From positions 322,710,001 through 322,774,000 of the forward strand of contig OZ024741.1 in NCBI GenBank assembly GCA_964016885.1: a stretch of 64,000 nt of DNA. Direction: 5' to 3'. Source of the DNA: Eledone cirrhosa. Its lineage: Eukaryota. Within the stretch, counting starts at the first letter, position 1; the number at the start of each line of letters is the position of its first letter. The notes under the pieces were generated by a model that was given only the letters and a program-made list of their open reading frames with translations, was not told the origin of the DNA and made no database searches. Below are positions 1-12,500 of this stretch, in pieces. The translations under genes were made by a program, and so were the position numbers.

Positions 1-2398
1 AGTCAGTAATGCACGGACATTGGACAAGTGCGTGCAGAACGGTTTCGTCGTTCTGTGCGCATCTTGGACAGGTCCGTCATGACAGCACTTCCGTGCCTGT
101 AGAGTTTATCCCGAACCGGAAGTGCTCCCCGGTAGCACTGCCAAGCGAGGGATTTCTGGAAATTGTCCATCGTCCCCGGCTCAAAAGTCCTCCGGTACAG
201 ACTGGTCAGTTCGACTTCGTCGAGGCCCAAAGCTTCTCCGAGTGCGTCATCGCACTTGCCCACCACTAATCCTCTATAGAACTCGAGAGTGGAAATTCCA
301 CTAATCGCATTGCCCGCTTGGTAGAGGGCAGTGAGTGCCTGGCAACATTCCAGGTGCCAGTCACCCAGTCTCGGTCTCTTCTTGACCCAGGACTGCAGCT
401 CAGTCAAAGAAATGAGCTGCGGAAAGGCCCGTCTGATAAACGGCGACCACACCTGTTCACCGTTGAGGCAGAATATCTGGAGATGTCGCAGCCTCAACGC
501 ATGTCTGCGCATCATTAGCCACGGCATGCCCAGCTCTCCGCGTAGAGGGTGCTGGCAGCAGATGGACCGCTTCACCAACGGAACTTGTCCCCTCCACAAA
601 AATTTGAAGAGGAGCCGTTCCAGCTTGACGAGGCGCGGACGGGGGCAAGGCACGACGGTCAGGCGGTAGTAGATGACGGACGCGATGTACCCATTCGCCA
701 CCTCCGCGCGACCTTTCAGTGATAGCTTCCTCCCAGCCCATTTTTGTGTGAGACTGGCTACCCTGCTCGTTACCTCGTCCCAATTATTTTCCACCTGGAG
801 GTCTGTTCTGAACCAAACCCCGAGCAACTTTACCGGTCCGCCCGTCCGTCAAGCGCCCCACGACGCTGTTGAACGGCATGGGCTTGCCTCTCCAGGTTCC
901 GAGCTGCAAGCCCACCGACTTTTCCGGGTTAAGTTTGGCTCCTGTCAACCTTTCATATTCCTTCAATAAGGTGCCGACCACCTCGATTTCTGAGGTGTTC
1001 GACACCATCACGGTGATGTCGTCCGCATAAGCCGACACCGCCTTTCCACGTCCCGGTTCGAGCGGGATGCCCTGCAACAGCTCCAGCTTCCGCAGTAAAG
1101 GCTCGAGAGTCAATACGTACAGAAGGGAAGAGAGAGGGCACCCTTGGCGGACCGATCGGGAGAGCCGAAATGGTTCCGAGAGGTGGCCATTAACCGTGAC
1201 CACCGAGCATGTGCCGCTGTGCATTGCAACGATCCAGCTTCTAAAGACGGGGCCGAAGCCAGCTGCTTTGAGGACAAACTCCAGATACCGATGGTCGACC
1301 CTATCGAATGCTTTTGATTGATCTAAATTGATCAGTTCCCCACCGAAGCCAGGTTTACACCCTACCCTCTCTATGATGTATCGCATGAGGTGGAGATTGT
1401 CGTATATGGACCTGGCTGGGATTGCGCAAGTTTGCGCCTCCCCAACCAAATCCTCGACAAGTGCCAATCTCTTTGCTAACACCTTGGCCAAAATCTTAAA
1501 CTCTGTGTTGAGCAGAGTTATGGGCCTGAAGTTGTCTAATGTATCCCTCTTGTTCTCGTCTTTCCTTATCAGCGTCACCACTCCCCTGCTCACAGAACTG
1601 GGAATACTCCCATTCTGCTGCCAGTTGCAGTAGAGTGCTTCGAGGAGTTCGGAGAACAAGTCTGGCATATTTACGTAAAGCTCGTATGGGCAGGCCATCC
1701 AAACCGGGTGACTTGCGCCTCATGCAGCCGACAAGGGCGTCCTGAATTTCGGCTGAAGTAATCGGTTTTTCGCAGCGCTCAGCGTCGACCGTTGAGATGC
1801 GCGGCAAGCCGTCAAGGTAGGGACTGAATTCCGCTACTCTCTCTGACTCGCCACTCTCTCTGAACAACCGAGCAAAGTGCTGGCGAAAGGCCTCACACAT
1901 ACGCTTGGAATCGCTTATCTCGTGTCCGTCTCGGTCCGCCAAAGACAGAATTGTGGTTTTATTACCACGCTGCGCCTCCACCACGCGGGCCCATCGAACA
2001 GATTTAGTTCCCTCGTTTCTCAGCGCACGCGCCTTAGCTCTGACAATGCAACCTTCGTATTTGACATTGAAGAAATGGTCTAATGCCATTCTCGTCTAAC
2101 TTATCTCGCCACTACAAATAGCCTCGTCTAACTTATCTACCAGCTCCCCCTACTTTCTATTTTTCTCTAACGCTAGTTCTTTGCTGAACTCTATCGAAGT
2201 TACTCTAATCTCTCTTTTGAGAGCCACCCACCATCTGTTGTTGATGATCTCCCCTGTCAACTTTTGCTTAACTAAATTGTTGACTCGGTCCCTGTAAGCC
2301 TTACGTGCCGGAAATGACATGTTCAGCTTCCAGTAACCCGGTCCGAACCTACGCGTTTTATATAGGTCGACCGTACAGATCACAAATTTGTGATCTGA
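1..2398 (-). mobile_element. Tx1-type (L1 clade) non-LTR retrotransposon copy 1, 5'-truncated, frameshifted ORF2; runs off the window
   Basis: Minus-strand ORFs 2150-2383, 1496-2089, 784-1698 and 3-827 carry GPGYWKLN, NFRPITLLNTEFKILAK, DQSKAFDRVDH, RQGCPLS, YADD and the post-RT LSLKGR motif. Its 5' end abuts (AAT)n. Confidence 0.93.
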
Positions 2399-2409
2399 AT
2401 AATAATAAC

Positions 2410-2469
<60 letters not shown>
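2398..2469. repeat. (AAT)n microsatellite; tail/target between Tx1 copies 2 and 1
   Basis: About 24 AAT units, directly visible. Confidence 0.97.
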
Positions 2470-2470
<1 letters not shown>

Positions 2471-2712
2471 TTTTCTTTATTAACCACAAGGGTTTACATA
2501 GAAGTAGACATTAAGGACAGTACAGGACAATACAGGACGGTACAAATGGGCATTTCTCCGTGTAAAAAACAGAGGATGTAATAAAATAACAAAGAAAAAT
2601 TCCCCAATAGGGGGGAGACTTCCGAGGGACATTTGTGGAGAAAGCCCATTAAAAGACCACAGTGACCCTGACCACCAGGGAAAGTGCCCTCTCTCAGTTT
2701 TCCACCTTTAAT

Positions 2713-5322
2713 TTACAGACACATACTCAGAGAAGGCCCATTCATTCGGGCCATACTTGCTTCTCTAACCCATCTTTCAACAAAATGCTGGGAAGAGAGC
2801 ACTTCCCTCTCTACCCTGATTTTCCTTTTCAAATGAGATTTGAAAAAGTTAATCAGGGCATCACCGAAGAGGTAAGTGCTCGTCTTCAGCCCTTTCAAAC
2901 GTGTCCACCATACTATCTCTTTCGCCATGGCCACCAGACAGATAAAAACTGCCTGCCCTTCCCGGCTAAAGGAAGAGGGCGGGGCAATCCTCACGATGGA
3001 CTCAGCTGATAGCTGGATCCGTCCTACACGTGACAGCAGGTGTTCGACATAAACCCACAAGTCAGCAATGCTCGGACACTGGACGAGTACGTGCAGGACG
3101 GTTTCGTCGCCCTGTGCGCATCTCGGACATGCCCGGCTGACGGCACCTCCATGCCTGTAGAGTTTATCCCGAACTGGCAAAGCACCCCGGTAGCACTGCC
3201 AGGCCAGGGATTTCTGGAAGTTGTCCATAGGCCCCGGCCCGAAAGTCCTTCCGAAGAGATTGGCTAGTTGATTTTCGTCGATGCCTAGAGTTTCTCCAAG
3301 TACGTCGACCCCCCTCACCGTCTCCAGTTTGTGCAGTAATGGCTCGAGAGTCAATACGTACAATAGGGACGAGAGGGGACATCCTTGGCGGACCGAGCGC
3401 ATGATGTTGAACGGTTCCGAAAGGTGACCGTTCACTCTCAGTACAGAGCAGATGTCGCTGTGCATGGCAGCGATCCATCCTCTGAAGACGGGCCCAAAGC
3501 CAGCCGCCCTCAGGACTGCCGCTAGGTAACGATGGTCGACCCTATCGAAGGCTTTCGACTGATCTAAATTGATCAAAGACCCACCCGTGCCAGGTTCCCT
3601 AGCTACCCTCTCTACGATGTATCGCTTGAGGTGGAGGTTGTCGTGGATGGATCTGTCGGGAATGGCGCATGTCTGTGCCTCTCCCACCAGACCACCAACG
3701 ACAAGCGCCAAACTCTTTGCTAGCACCTTGGCCAAAATCTTGAACTCTGTGTTTAGCAGAGTTATGGGCCTAAAATTATCTATGTTATGCCCCTTGTTCG
3801 GATCCTTTCTCAGCAGCGCCACCGCTCCTCGGCTCACAGAGCTGGGAATTCTCCCGTTCTGTTGCCAGTTGCAGTAGACGTCCGCCAAGAGGCCTCCGAA
3901 CAAGTCTGGCATTTGTACGTAAAGTTCATAGGGCAGACCATCCAAACCAGGCGATTTACCCCTTGTGCAGCCAGTCATTGCCTCCCGTACTTCAGCGGTT
4001 GTTATCGGCTTTTCGCAACACTCCGCCTCAGTGGCCGAAAGCCGCGGCAGTCCGTCGAGGTAGACACTAAAGTCCATCCCTCGATCCGGCCCGCCACTGC
4101 CTCCGAACAGTTGAGCGAAGTGTCGCTGAAAAGCTTCACACATTTGCCCGGGATCGAGTAGCATGCGCCCGTCGTGGTCCACCAAAGACCGGATCGTGGC
4201 TTTGTTGCCACGACGCGCCTCCGCCAGTTGGGCCCATTGAACGGCTTTCGTCCCCTCGTGTCTGAGAGCACGCACCCTAGCTCTGACAACGCAGCCTTCG
4301 TGCTTTGCATTGAAGAATTGGTCAAGGGCCAATTTCGCCGCAAGTACGTCGGTCGCGATGCCTTTGCTGAGCGCCTCGTCTAATTTTCTAACTAATTCTC
4401 CCTCTGCTCTATTTTTCTCTATTGCTAAAGTCTTACTAAACCTAATGGACTCTATTCTAATTGCTCTTTTCAGAGCAAACCACCACTTGTTGTTGACGAT
4501 GTCCCCCGTTAACACCCGCTTCACTAGTTCGCTCATCCGGTCTCTGTAGGCCTTGCGCGCTGGTAAGGACGCGTTTAGCTTCCAGTAGCCGGGTCCTCGT
4601 CTATGAAGCCTATCTAAGTCAAGCACACAGATCACGAATTTGTGGTCCGTGTAACTGACTATCTTGAATTGTGGACAGCCTATGCTAGACCTATCTATTT
4701 CCCTACAAAATACTCTATCTAGATGTGATCTGGATGACCCTATGCGATTTGTCCAAGTCCACATTAGTACATTCGGGAAATCCATTCAGTACCTGTCAGA
4801 CAGTTCAAAACGCCTGAGCAGGTTGGTGAGACTCTTGCACCCTCCTTCTTTATCCACTAATCCCACACAATCCCAGCCTGCATCTAATATCCCGTTCCAG
4901 TCGCCCACTAACACTAAAGAGCGGGACGTTCCAAGAAAGGTCTCCAGACGCCGGAAGAAATCAGGCCGCCCTGCTCCTGTCGGGGCATAGACGGCCACTA
5001 ACCTGAAAGCTTGCCCGTCTCCGCTGGTCACGTCCAGCACCACCAACTTACCTTCTGGGTCCAGGAAGATGGCCCGTATGGCAAGATCCAAACCTCTCCG
5101 AAAAAGAACAGCAACTCCACCCCCCGCTCCCGGACGGCTGGGAGATGCGTACACATCGTAGCCGCCGAAGGTCGGTGCGAAAGCCCATGCTTCGGAGATT
5201 CTGGTCTCGCTGATGGCCACTACATCTATGTTTAGTGACCTGAGGTCGTTGAGCAGGTGGCCCTGCTTCTATGACGACCCCAAACCACGCGCATTTATGC
5301 TGCCTATTCTGAGTGAGGTCAT
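2713..5322 (-). pseudogene. LINE ORF2 (APE endonuclease, partial RT, C-terminal CPRC..H..C zinc finger), disrupted
   Basis: Starts MTSLRIGSINARGL at 5322. APE motifs ISET, VYAP, GDWN, LDRV and TDH are present. Premature stops lie near 5270 and 4787, and the YADD region is deleted. Confidence 0.9.
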
Positions 5323-5356
5323 GTTGAAAAGGAGTGGAAAAGATGGGAAAGACCAC

Positions 5357-7303
5357 TTACCTTACTTCTCGTAGGGGAAGGACGGTTTTTCCATCCTTTT
5401 CACTGCTTGTGGCCTCCTCAGGAAGGATGCCCTTATAAATCCTCCTGGAGAGTGCTTGTCGGAAGTCTCCGATGTCTTTGGGGAATTTTTGTTTTAGTGT
5501 CATGTACGTTTTCTGTGTGATGCGAGTGATTTGTATGTGTGGAGGTGGTGTGAATTTTGGGGTTGTTGTGTAGTCTTTTTCTGTGATGCTGGTGTTGTGT
5601 TGGATGTAGTTTAATAATTGCTTGTTGTTCAAATTTAATGCTGTGTAGTTTGTATCGTTTTGGTTGTTTTGTTTTGTTTACGTTTGTTGTGGGTTTGTTT
5701 CTGTTTCGCATTTTGGTGACTTTTGTGGTGTAGGTGATGGTGGTGTTGGGGTTAATGATGGTGATGGTGTTGGTGTTTGGGTTGATGGGGTTGGTGATGC
5801 TGGTGTGGATGGTGGCATATCTGTCCTAACTTTTTTGTTTGTTAATTTATTTGTTTCCCTCTGTATTTTGTTTTTGGAGGGGGAAGGAAGAGAATTTTTT
5901 CTTTTTTGGTTTCTTTTTTTTTTCCTGATACCGTTTCCCACTCCTCGTCGTCACAATCTGTCTCCAGTTGTGATAGGCCGGGGAGTGGAAAATCCTCCAC
6001 AGGCGTTAGTTTTGGTTGTGGTGTGGTGGATGGTGTAGGCGCTGGTGCTAGTTCTGAAGCGTTGGGTGGTGGTGGTGTTGGTTTTGCTACTGTTGCTGGG
6101 GTTGTTGCTGTTATAGTTGCTTCTGTTGTTGCTGCCATCTCTGCTACTGGTGGTGTTGATGGTTGTGTCACTGGGGTGGGTAGGAGAGGTGGCCTCAACC
6201 TTTTAGCCTGAGGGCAGAAAGTCCTTAGGTGGGTTCCTTCACCACAAACGACACACCTAGGCCTTCTGCCCTCGACAAATACGGTGAGGTGGCTGCCGTC
6301 AGTCAGGTCTATTACCTCTGGGATCTCCTCAATGCTTTTTTGGTCTGCTTGGATCAGGAGCTCCATCCCAGATCCGGACCAGTTCTCCTGCTTTTCTTTT
6401 GCTATTGCTATTACCTTTGTGTTGGCTTCGATGCCGGCGAGGACGGCCGCTATTAGCCAGGGAATTTCGATGGCCGGTGGAACGTGGGTCACCCTGATCT
6501 TTACGAGTCTCTGGCCACAATAGCTTGGGACGAGTGTGAAGTCGTCACTTCTTAATGGGGCCATGGAGTGTTCTCTAGCCTCCTCTGGTGTTTCAAAGAA
6601 CACATCCACGGTTCCATACTTCTGCCCACGTCTGATGTGGGTTTTTCTTGCCCACACATGTCCCAAAGCTTTTTGGATTTGGGACTCGGATGCCCGTTCC
6701 ACTCGGCGCGATTTTACATTTATTGTTCGATACGACACGGTGCATAGGCGCCGATGCTCCATTTTATTAGGTGGGGGGGGGGGGGTTTGAGGCTGACCCT
6801 GTACCCATCTTTCTTTACCATTGGCATTTTCTAAATCCTCCTGAGTTACCGTAAATGCTTCGAACTGTTTTGCTACTCTGGCAAAACTCAGGGTGGTTTT
6901 TTTAATGTCATTGTTGTTGTTGTTGCTATCGTTATTTTTGATATTATTAATTTTAGTTTCAGTTGTGGTGGTGGTGACGTCAGTGAAATTCTGTTTGGGA
7001 GAGTCCATTTTGGTTGAAAAAATTTCGACATCACGAGTTGATTTATTTTTTCCTTTTGTTTCTGTTGTCGCGGTTGTGGTGGGGGTGGTGGTTGTCGCGG
7101 TGGTGGTGGTGGTGGCGGCTTTAACACCTGCAGTCATTGGTAATGGCGGGAAATGAATGTCTGCCTGAGACAAATTTAAAATATTGCTAGTGCTTAAATT
7201 GTGTGTTGGCAGACGTAATATCATTTACAATGGTGGTATCGGTGTAAGGTGTTAATTTGTGGGAAAGGCTTTCAGCTGCTTGTTGCAGTGGTGAATTAAC
7301 CAT
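5357..7303 (-). pseudogene. LINE ORF1 (gag-like, CCHC zinc knuckle), frameshifted
   Basis: ORF 5842-7224 contains CVVCGEGTHLRTFC (CX2CX4HX4C), an RRM-like VDVFFETPEEA segment and Thr/Pro-rich tracts. It continues in other frames to 5357. Confidence 0.85.
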
Positions 7304-7513
7304 TTTGTTTTCAAAGAAATTTTTTGATAATCATAAAAGTTTAAATTTTGGGCACAAGGCCCCAATCTTTTTGGGTGTCCTTTTCGGAAAACAATGTATG
7401 TGCGCTTATATATAGTTAACAATAAAAATTTTCCATAAATGGCAATTTTTTACAAACGGAAATAACAAACCTTTGCGGAGCTCACGATGATACGATTTAC
7501 TACGTAGGTCGCC

Positions 7514-7564
<51 letters not shown>
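7514..7564. repeat. (AAT)n between Tx1 copies 3 and 2
   Basis: Pure AAT run. Confidence 0.97.
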
Positions 7565-7566
<2 letters not shown>

Positions 7567-9474
7567 TTTCTTTATTAACCACAAGGGTTTACATAAAGTA
7601 GACATTAAGGACAGTGCAGGACAATACAGGACGGTACAAATGGGCATTTCTGCGTGTAAAAAACAAAAACAGAGGATGTAACAAAAATAACAATGAAAAA
7701 TTCCCCAATAAGGGGGAGACTTCCGAGGGACATTTGTGGAGAAAGCCCACTAAAAGACCACAGTGACCCTGACCACCAGGGCAAGTGCCCTCTCCCAGTT
7801 TTCCACCCTTAATTTACAGACACATACTCAGAGTAGGCCCATTCACTCGGGCCATACTTGCTTCTCTCACCCATCTTTCAACAAAATGCTGGGAAGAGAG
7901 CACTTCCCTCTCTACCCTGATTTTCCTTTTCAAATGAAACTTGAAAAGGTTAATCAGGGCATCACCGAAGAGGTAAGTGCTCGTCTTCAGCCCTGTCAAA
8001 CGTGTCCACCATACTATCTCTTTCGCCATGGCCACCAGACAGATAAAAATTGCCTGCCCTTCCCGGCTAAAGGAAGAGGGCGGGGCAATCCTCACGATGG
8101 ACTCAGCTGATAGCTGGATCCGTCCTACACGTGACAGCAGGTGTTCGACATAGACCCACAAGTCTGCAAAGCTCGGACACTGGACGAGTGCGTGCAGGAC
8201 GGTTTCGTCGCCCTGCGCGCATCTCGGACATGCCCGGCTGACGGCACCTCCATGCCTGTAGAGTTTATCCCGAACTGGCAAAGCTCCCCGGTAGCACTGC
8301 CAGGCCAGGGATTTCTGGAAGTTGTCCATAGGCCCCGGCCCGAAAGTCCTTCCGAAGAGATTGGCTAGTTGATTTTCGTCGACGCCTAGAGTTTCTCCAA
8401 GTACGTCGTCGCTCTTCCCCTCCACTAATCCTCTATAGAACGCCAAGGTGGAGTTTCCACCGATCACATTGCCCGATTGGTCGAGGGCTGTGAGCGCCTG
8501 AAGACATTCCCTCTCCAAGCGCTCCCTCTCGGTCTTCGCTTGACCCAGGACTGCAGCTTCGTCAAGGAGACGAGCTGGGGAAAAACGTGTCTAGCAAACG
8601 GCGACCACACCTGATCACCGTCGAGGAAGAGGTGGAGATGTCGTAACCTGAGCGCGTGTCTGCGCATCATCAGCCACGGCATGCCCAGCCCTCCACGTAG
8701 CGGGTGTTGACAGCAGATAGACCGCCTGACCATCGGAGCGCGTCCCTTCCACAAAAAGCGAAAGAGCAAACGCTCCAGCGCAGTCAGGCGGGGCTTAGGA
8801 CAAGGTACGATGGTCAGGCGGTAGTAGATGACGGACACGATGTACGCGTTAGCCACCTCCGCTCGACCTTTCAGGGATAGCTTCCTCTCGGCCCATTTCT
8901 GGGTGAGAGAAGCCACCCTGCTCGTCACCTCGTCCCAGTTTTGGTCCGTCTGGAGGTCCGGACCGAACCAGAAACTTAGCAATTTAACCGGTCCGTTAAT
9001 TTATTTTTTTTCTTTTGTTTCTGTTGTCGCGGTGGTGGTGGGGGTGGGGGTTGTCGCAGTGGTGGTGGTGGTGGCGGCTTTAACACCTGCAGTCATTGGT
9101 AATGGCGGGAAATGAATGACTGCCTGAGACAAATTTAAAATATTGCTAGTGTTTAAATTTTTAGTGTTGGCAAACGTAGTAATATTTACAATGTTGGTGT
9201 CGGTGTGAGATGTTAGTTTGTGAGGAAGGCTGTCAGCTTCGTGTGGCTTTGAGACTTCCATGTTTTTTTCAAAGAAATGTTTTTTTTGCTAATTATAAAA
9301 GTTAAAATTTTGGGCACAAGGCCCCAATCTCTTTGGGTGTCCTTTTCGGAAGACAATGTTAACAATGTTATATACAGTTAACAATAAAATTTTCCATAAA
9401 TGGCAATTTTTAACAAACGGAAACAACAAACATTTGCGGAGCTCACGATGATACGATTTACTACGTAGGTCGCC
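7565..9474 (-). mobile_element. Tx1 copy 3: 5' ~480 bp fused to 3' ~1.4 kb by a large internal deletion
   Basis: The junction near 8996 (ggtccgt|taatttatt) joins sequence equivalent to 10996 and 14396. Confidence 0.92.
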
Positions 9475-9520
<46 letters not shown>

Positions 9521-9531
9521 TTAATAATAAT

Positions 9532-12500
9532 GATTTCTTTATTGGCCACAAGGGCTGACATCAAGAAAAATATTACAGACGGCACAGGACGGTACGATGT
9601 GGGTTTTGTGCGTGTAAATATTTTTATTATTTATATAAGAAAAGAAAAAAAAAGGATATAAAGCATATATATATATATATAAACAATGAAATTGAAAATT
9701 GAAATAATGAAAAATTCCCCAATAGAGGGGAAACCTCCGAGGGTTACTCGTGGCGAAAACCACACAAAAGACCACGGCCACCCTGACGACCAGGGCAAGC
9801 GCCCTCTCTCAATTTTTCCATCACTCAAACTACAGACGTATATATACTCGGACCATTCTCGCTACATTCACCCATCTTTCAACAAACTTGCTAGAAAGCA
9901 GCACTTGCCTCTCCACCCTGATTTTTCTCTTCAAGTGAAACTTGAAAAAGTTAATTAGGGATTCGCCGAAGAGGAAAGTGTTTGTCTTTAACCCTTTTAA
10001 CCTTGTCCACCACACAATCTCTTTCGCCATGGCCACCAGGCAGATGAAAACCGCCTGCCCTTCCTCCTCGAAGGATGACGGCGAGACGATCTGCACAATG
10101 GACTCAGTCGACAACCGGATCAGTCCCACACGTGACAGCAACTGTTCGACATAGCTCCACAAGTCAGCAATGCTCGGGCACTGAACGAGTGCGTGCACAA
10201 CGGTTTCGTCGCCCTGCGCGCATCTCGGACATGCCCGGCTGACGGCACCTCCATGCCTGTAGAGTTTATCCCGAACTGGCAAAGCTCCTCGGTAGCACTG
10301 CCAGGCCAGGGATTTCTGGAAGTTGTCCATAGGCCCCGGCCCGAAAGTCCTTCCGAAGAGATTGGCTAGTTGATTTTCGTCGACGCCTAGAGTTTCTCCA
10401 AGTACGTCGTCGCTCTTCCCCTCCACTAATCCTCTATAGAACGCCAAGGTGGAGTTTCCACCGATCACATTGCCCGATTGGTCGAGGGCTGTGAGCGCCT
10501 GAAGACATTCCCTCTCCAAGCGCTCCCTCTCGGTCTTCGCTTGACCCAGGACTGCAGCTTCGTCAAGGAGACGAGCTGGGGAAAAACGTGTCTAGCAAAC
10601 GGCGACCACACCTGATCACCGTCGAGGAAGAGGTGGAGATGTCGTAACCTGAGCGCGTGTCTGCGCATCATCAGCCACGGCATGCCCAGCCCTCCACGTA
10701 GCGGGTGTTGACAGCAGATAGACCGCCTGACCATCGGAGCGCGTCCCTTCCACAAAAAGCGAAAGAGCAAACGCTCCAGCGCAGTCAGGCGGGGCTTAGG
10801 ACAAGGTACGATGGTCAGGCGGTAGTAGATGACGGACACGATGTACGCGTTAGCCACCTCCGCTCGACCTTTCAGGGATAGCTTCCTCTCGGCCCATTTC
10901 TGGGTGAGAGAAGCCACCCTGCTCGTCACCTCGTCCCAGTTTTGGTCCGTCTGGAGGTCCGGACCGAACCAGACACTTAGCAATTTAACCGGTCCGTCCG
11001 TCCAGCGCCTTACGACGCTGTTGGACGGCATGGACCTGCCTCTCCAGGTGCCGAGCTGCAGGCCCATTGATTTTTCCTGGTTGATCATTGCTCCTGTCAC
11101 CGCTTCGTATTCTCTTAGTGTAGTGCCGATCGCCTCGATGTGTTTGGCGTTCGACACCACTACGGTGACATCGTCGGCATATGCTGACACAGATCTTCCG
11201 CATCCTAGTTCGCGCGGGACCCCCCTCAACGTCTCCAGTTTGTGCAGTAATGGCTCGAGAGTCAATACGTACAAGAGGGACGAGAGGGGATATCCTTGGC
11301 GGACCGAGCGCATGATGTTGAACGGTTCCGAAAGGTGACCGTTCACTCTCACCACAGAGCAGATGTCGCTCTGCATGGCAGCGATCCAGCCTCTGAAGAC
11401 GGGCCCAAAGCCAGCCGCCCTCAGGACTGCCGCTAGGTAACGATGGTCGACCCTATCGAAGGCTTTCGACTGATCGAAATGTATCAAAGACCTACCCGTG
11501 CCAGCCGCCCTCAGGACTGCCGCTATGTAACGATCGTCGACCCTATCGAAAGCTTTCGACTGATCTAAATTTATCAAAGACCCACCCGTGCCAGGTTCCC
11601 TAGCTACCCTCTCTACGATGTATCGCATGAGGTGGAGGTTGTCGTGGATGGATCTGTCGGGAATGGCGCATGTCTGCGCCTCTCCCACCAGACCACCAAC
11701 GACAAGCGCCAACCTATTTGCTAGCACCTTGGCCAAAATCTTGAACTCTGTGTTTAGCAGAGTTATGGGCCTAAAATTATCTATGTTATGCCCCTTGTTC
11801 GGATCCTTTCTCAGCAGCGTCACCGCTCCTCGGCTCACAGAGCTGGGTATTCTGCCGTTCTGTTGTCAGTTGCAGTAGACGTCCGCCAAGAGGCCTCCGA
11901 ACAAGTCTGGCATTTGTACGTAAAGTTCATAGGGCAGATCATCAAAACCAGGCGATTTACCCCTTGTGCAGCCAGTCATTACCTCCCGTACTTCAGTGGC
12001 CAAGAGCCGCGGCAGTCCGTCGAGGTAGACACTAAAGTCCATCCCTCGATTGGGCCCGCCGCTGCCCCCGAACAGTTGAGCGACGTGTCGCTGAAAAGCT
12101 TCACACATTTGCCCGGGATCGAGTAGCATGCGCCCGTCGTGGTCCACCAAAGACCGGATCGTGGCTTTGTTGCCACGACGCGCCTCCGCCACTCGGGCCC
12201 ATTGAACGGCGTTCGTCCCCTCGTGTCTGAGAGCACGCACCCTAGCTCTGACAACGCAGTCTTCGTGCTTTGCATTGAAGAATTGGTCAAGGGCCAATTT
12301 CGCCGCAGGTACGTCGGTCGCGATGCCTTTGCTAATTTTCTCTATTGCTAAAGCCTTACTAAACCTAATGGACTCTATTCTAATTGTTCTTTTCAGAGCA
12401 AACCACCACTTCTTGTTGACGATGGCCCCCGTCAACGCCCGCTTAACTAGTTCGCTCATCCGGTCTCTGTAGGCCATGCGCGCGGGTAAGGACGCGTTTA

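Larger units (their letters stand above)
2470..7513 (-). mobile_element. Tx1-type LINE copy 2: 5' end, ORF1 and ORF2 (APE-RT-zinc finger), with an internal deletion removing YADD
   Basis: The 5' end GGCGACCTACGTAG is shared with copies 3 and 4, and the 3' end reads AATAAAGAAAACATT-(ATT)n. The junction near 3307 joins LETVRG to DVLGETLG. Confidence 0.95.

Noticed and set aside
7420-7513. HDV-like ribozyme at the Tx1 5' end
   Set aside because: No complement for the putative P1 (GGCGACC) was found downstream.
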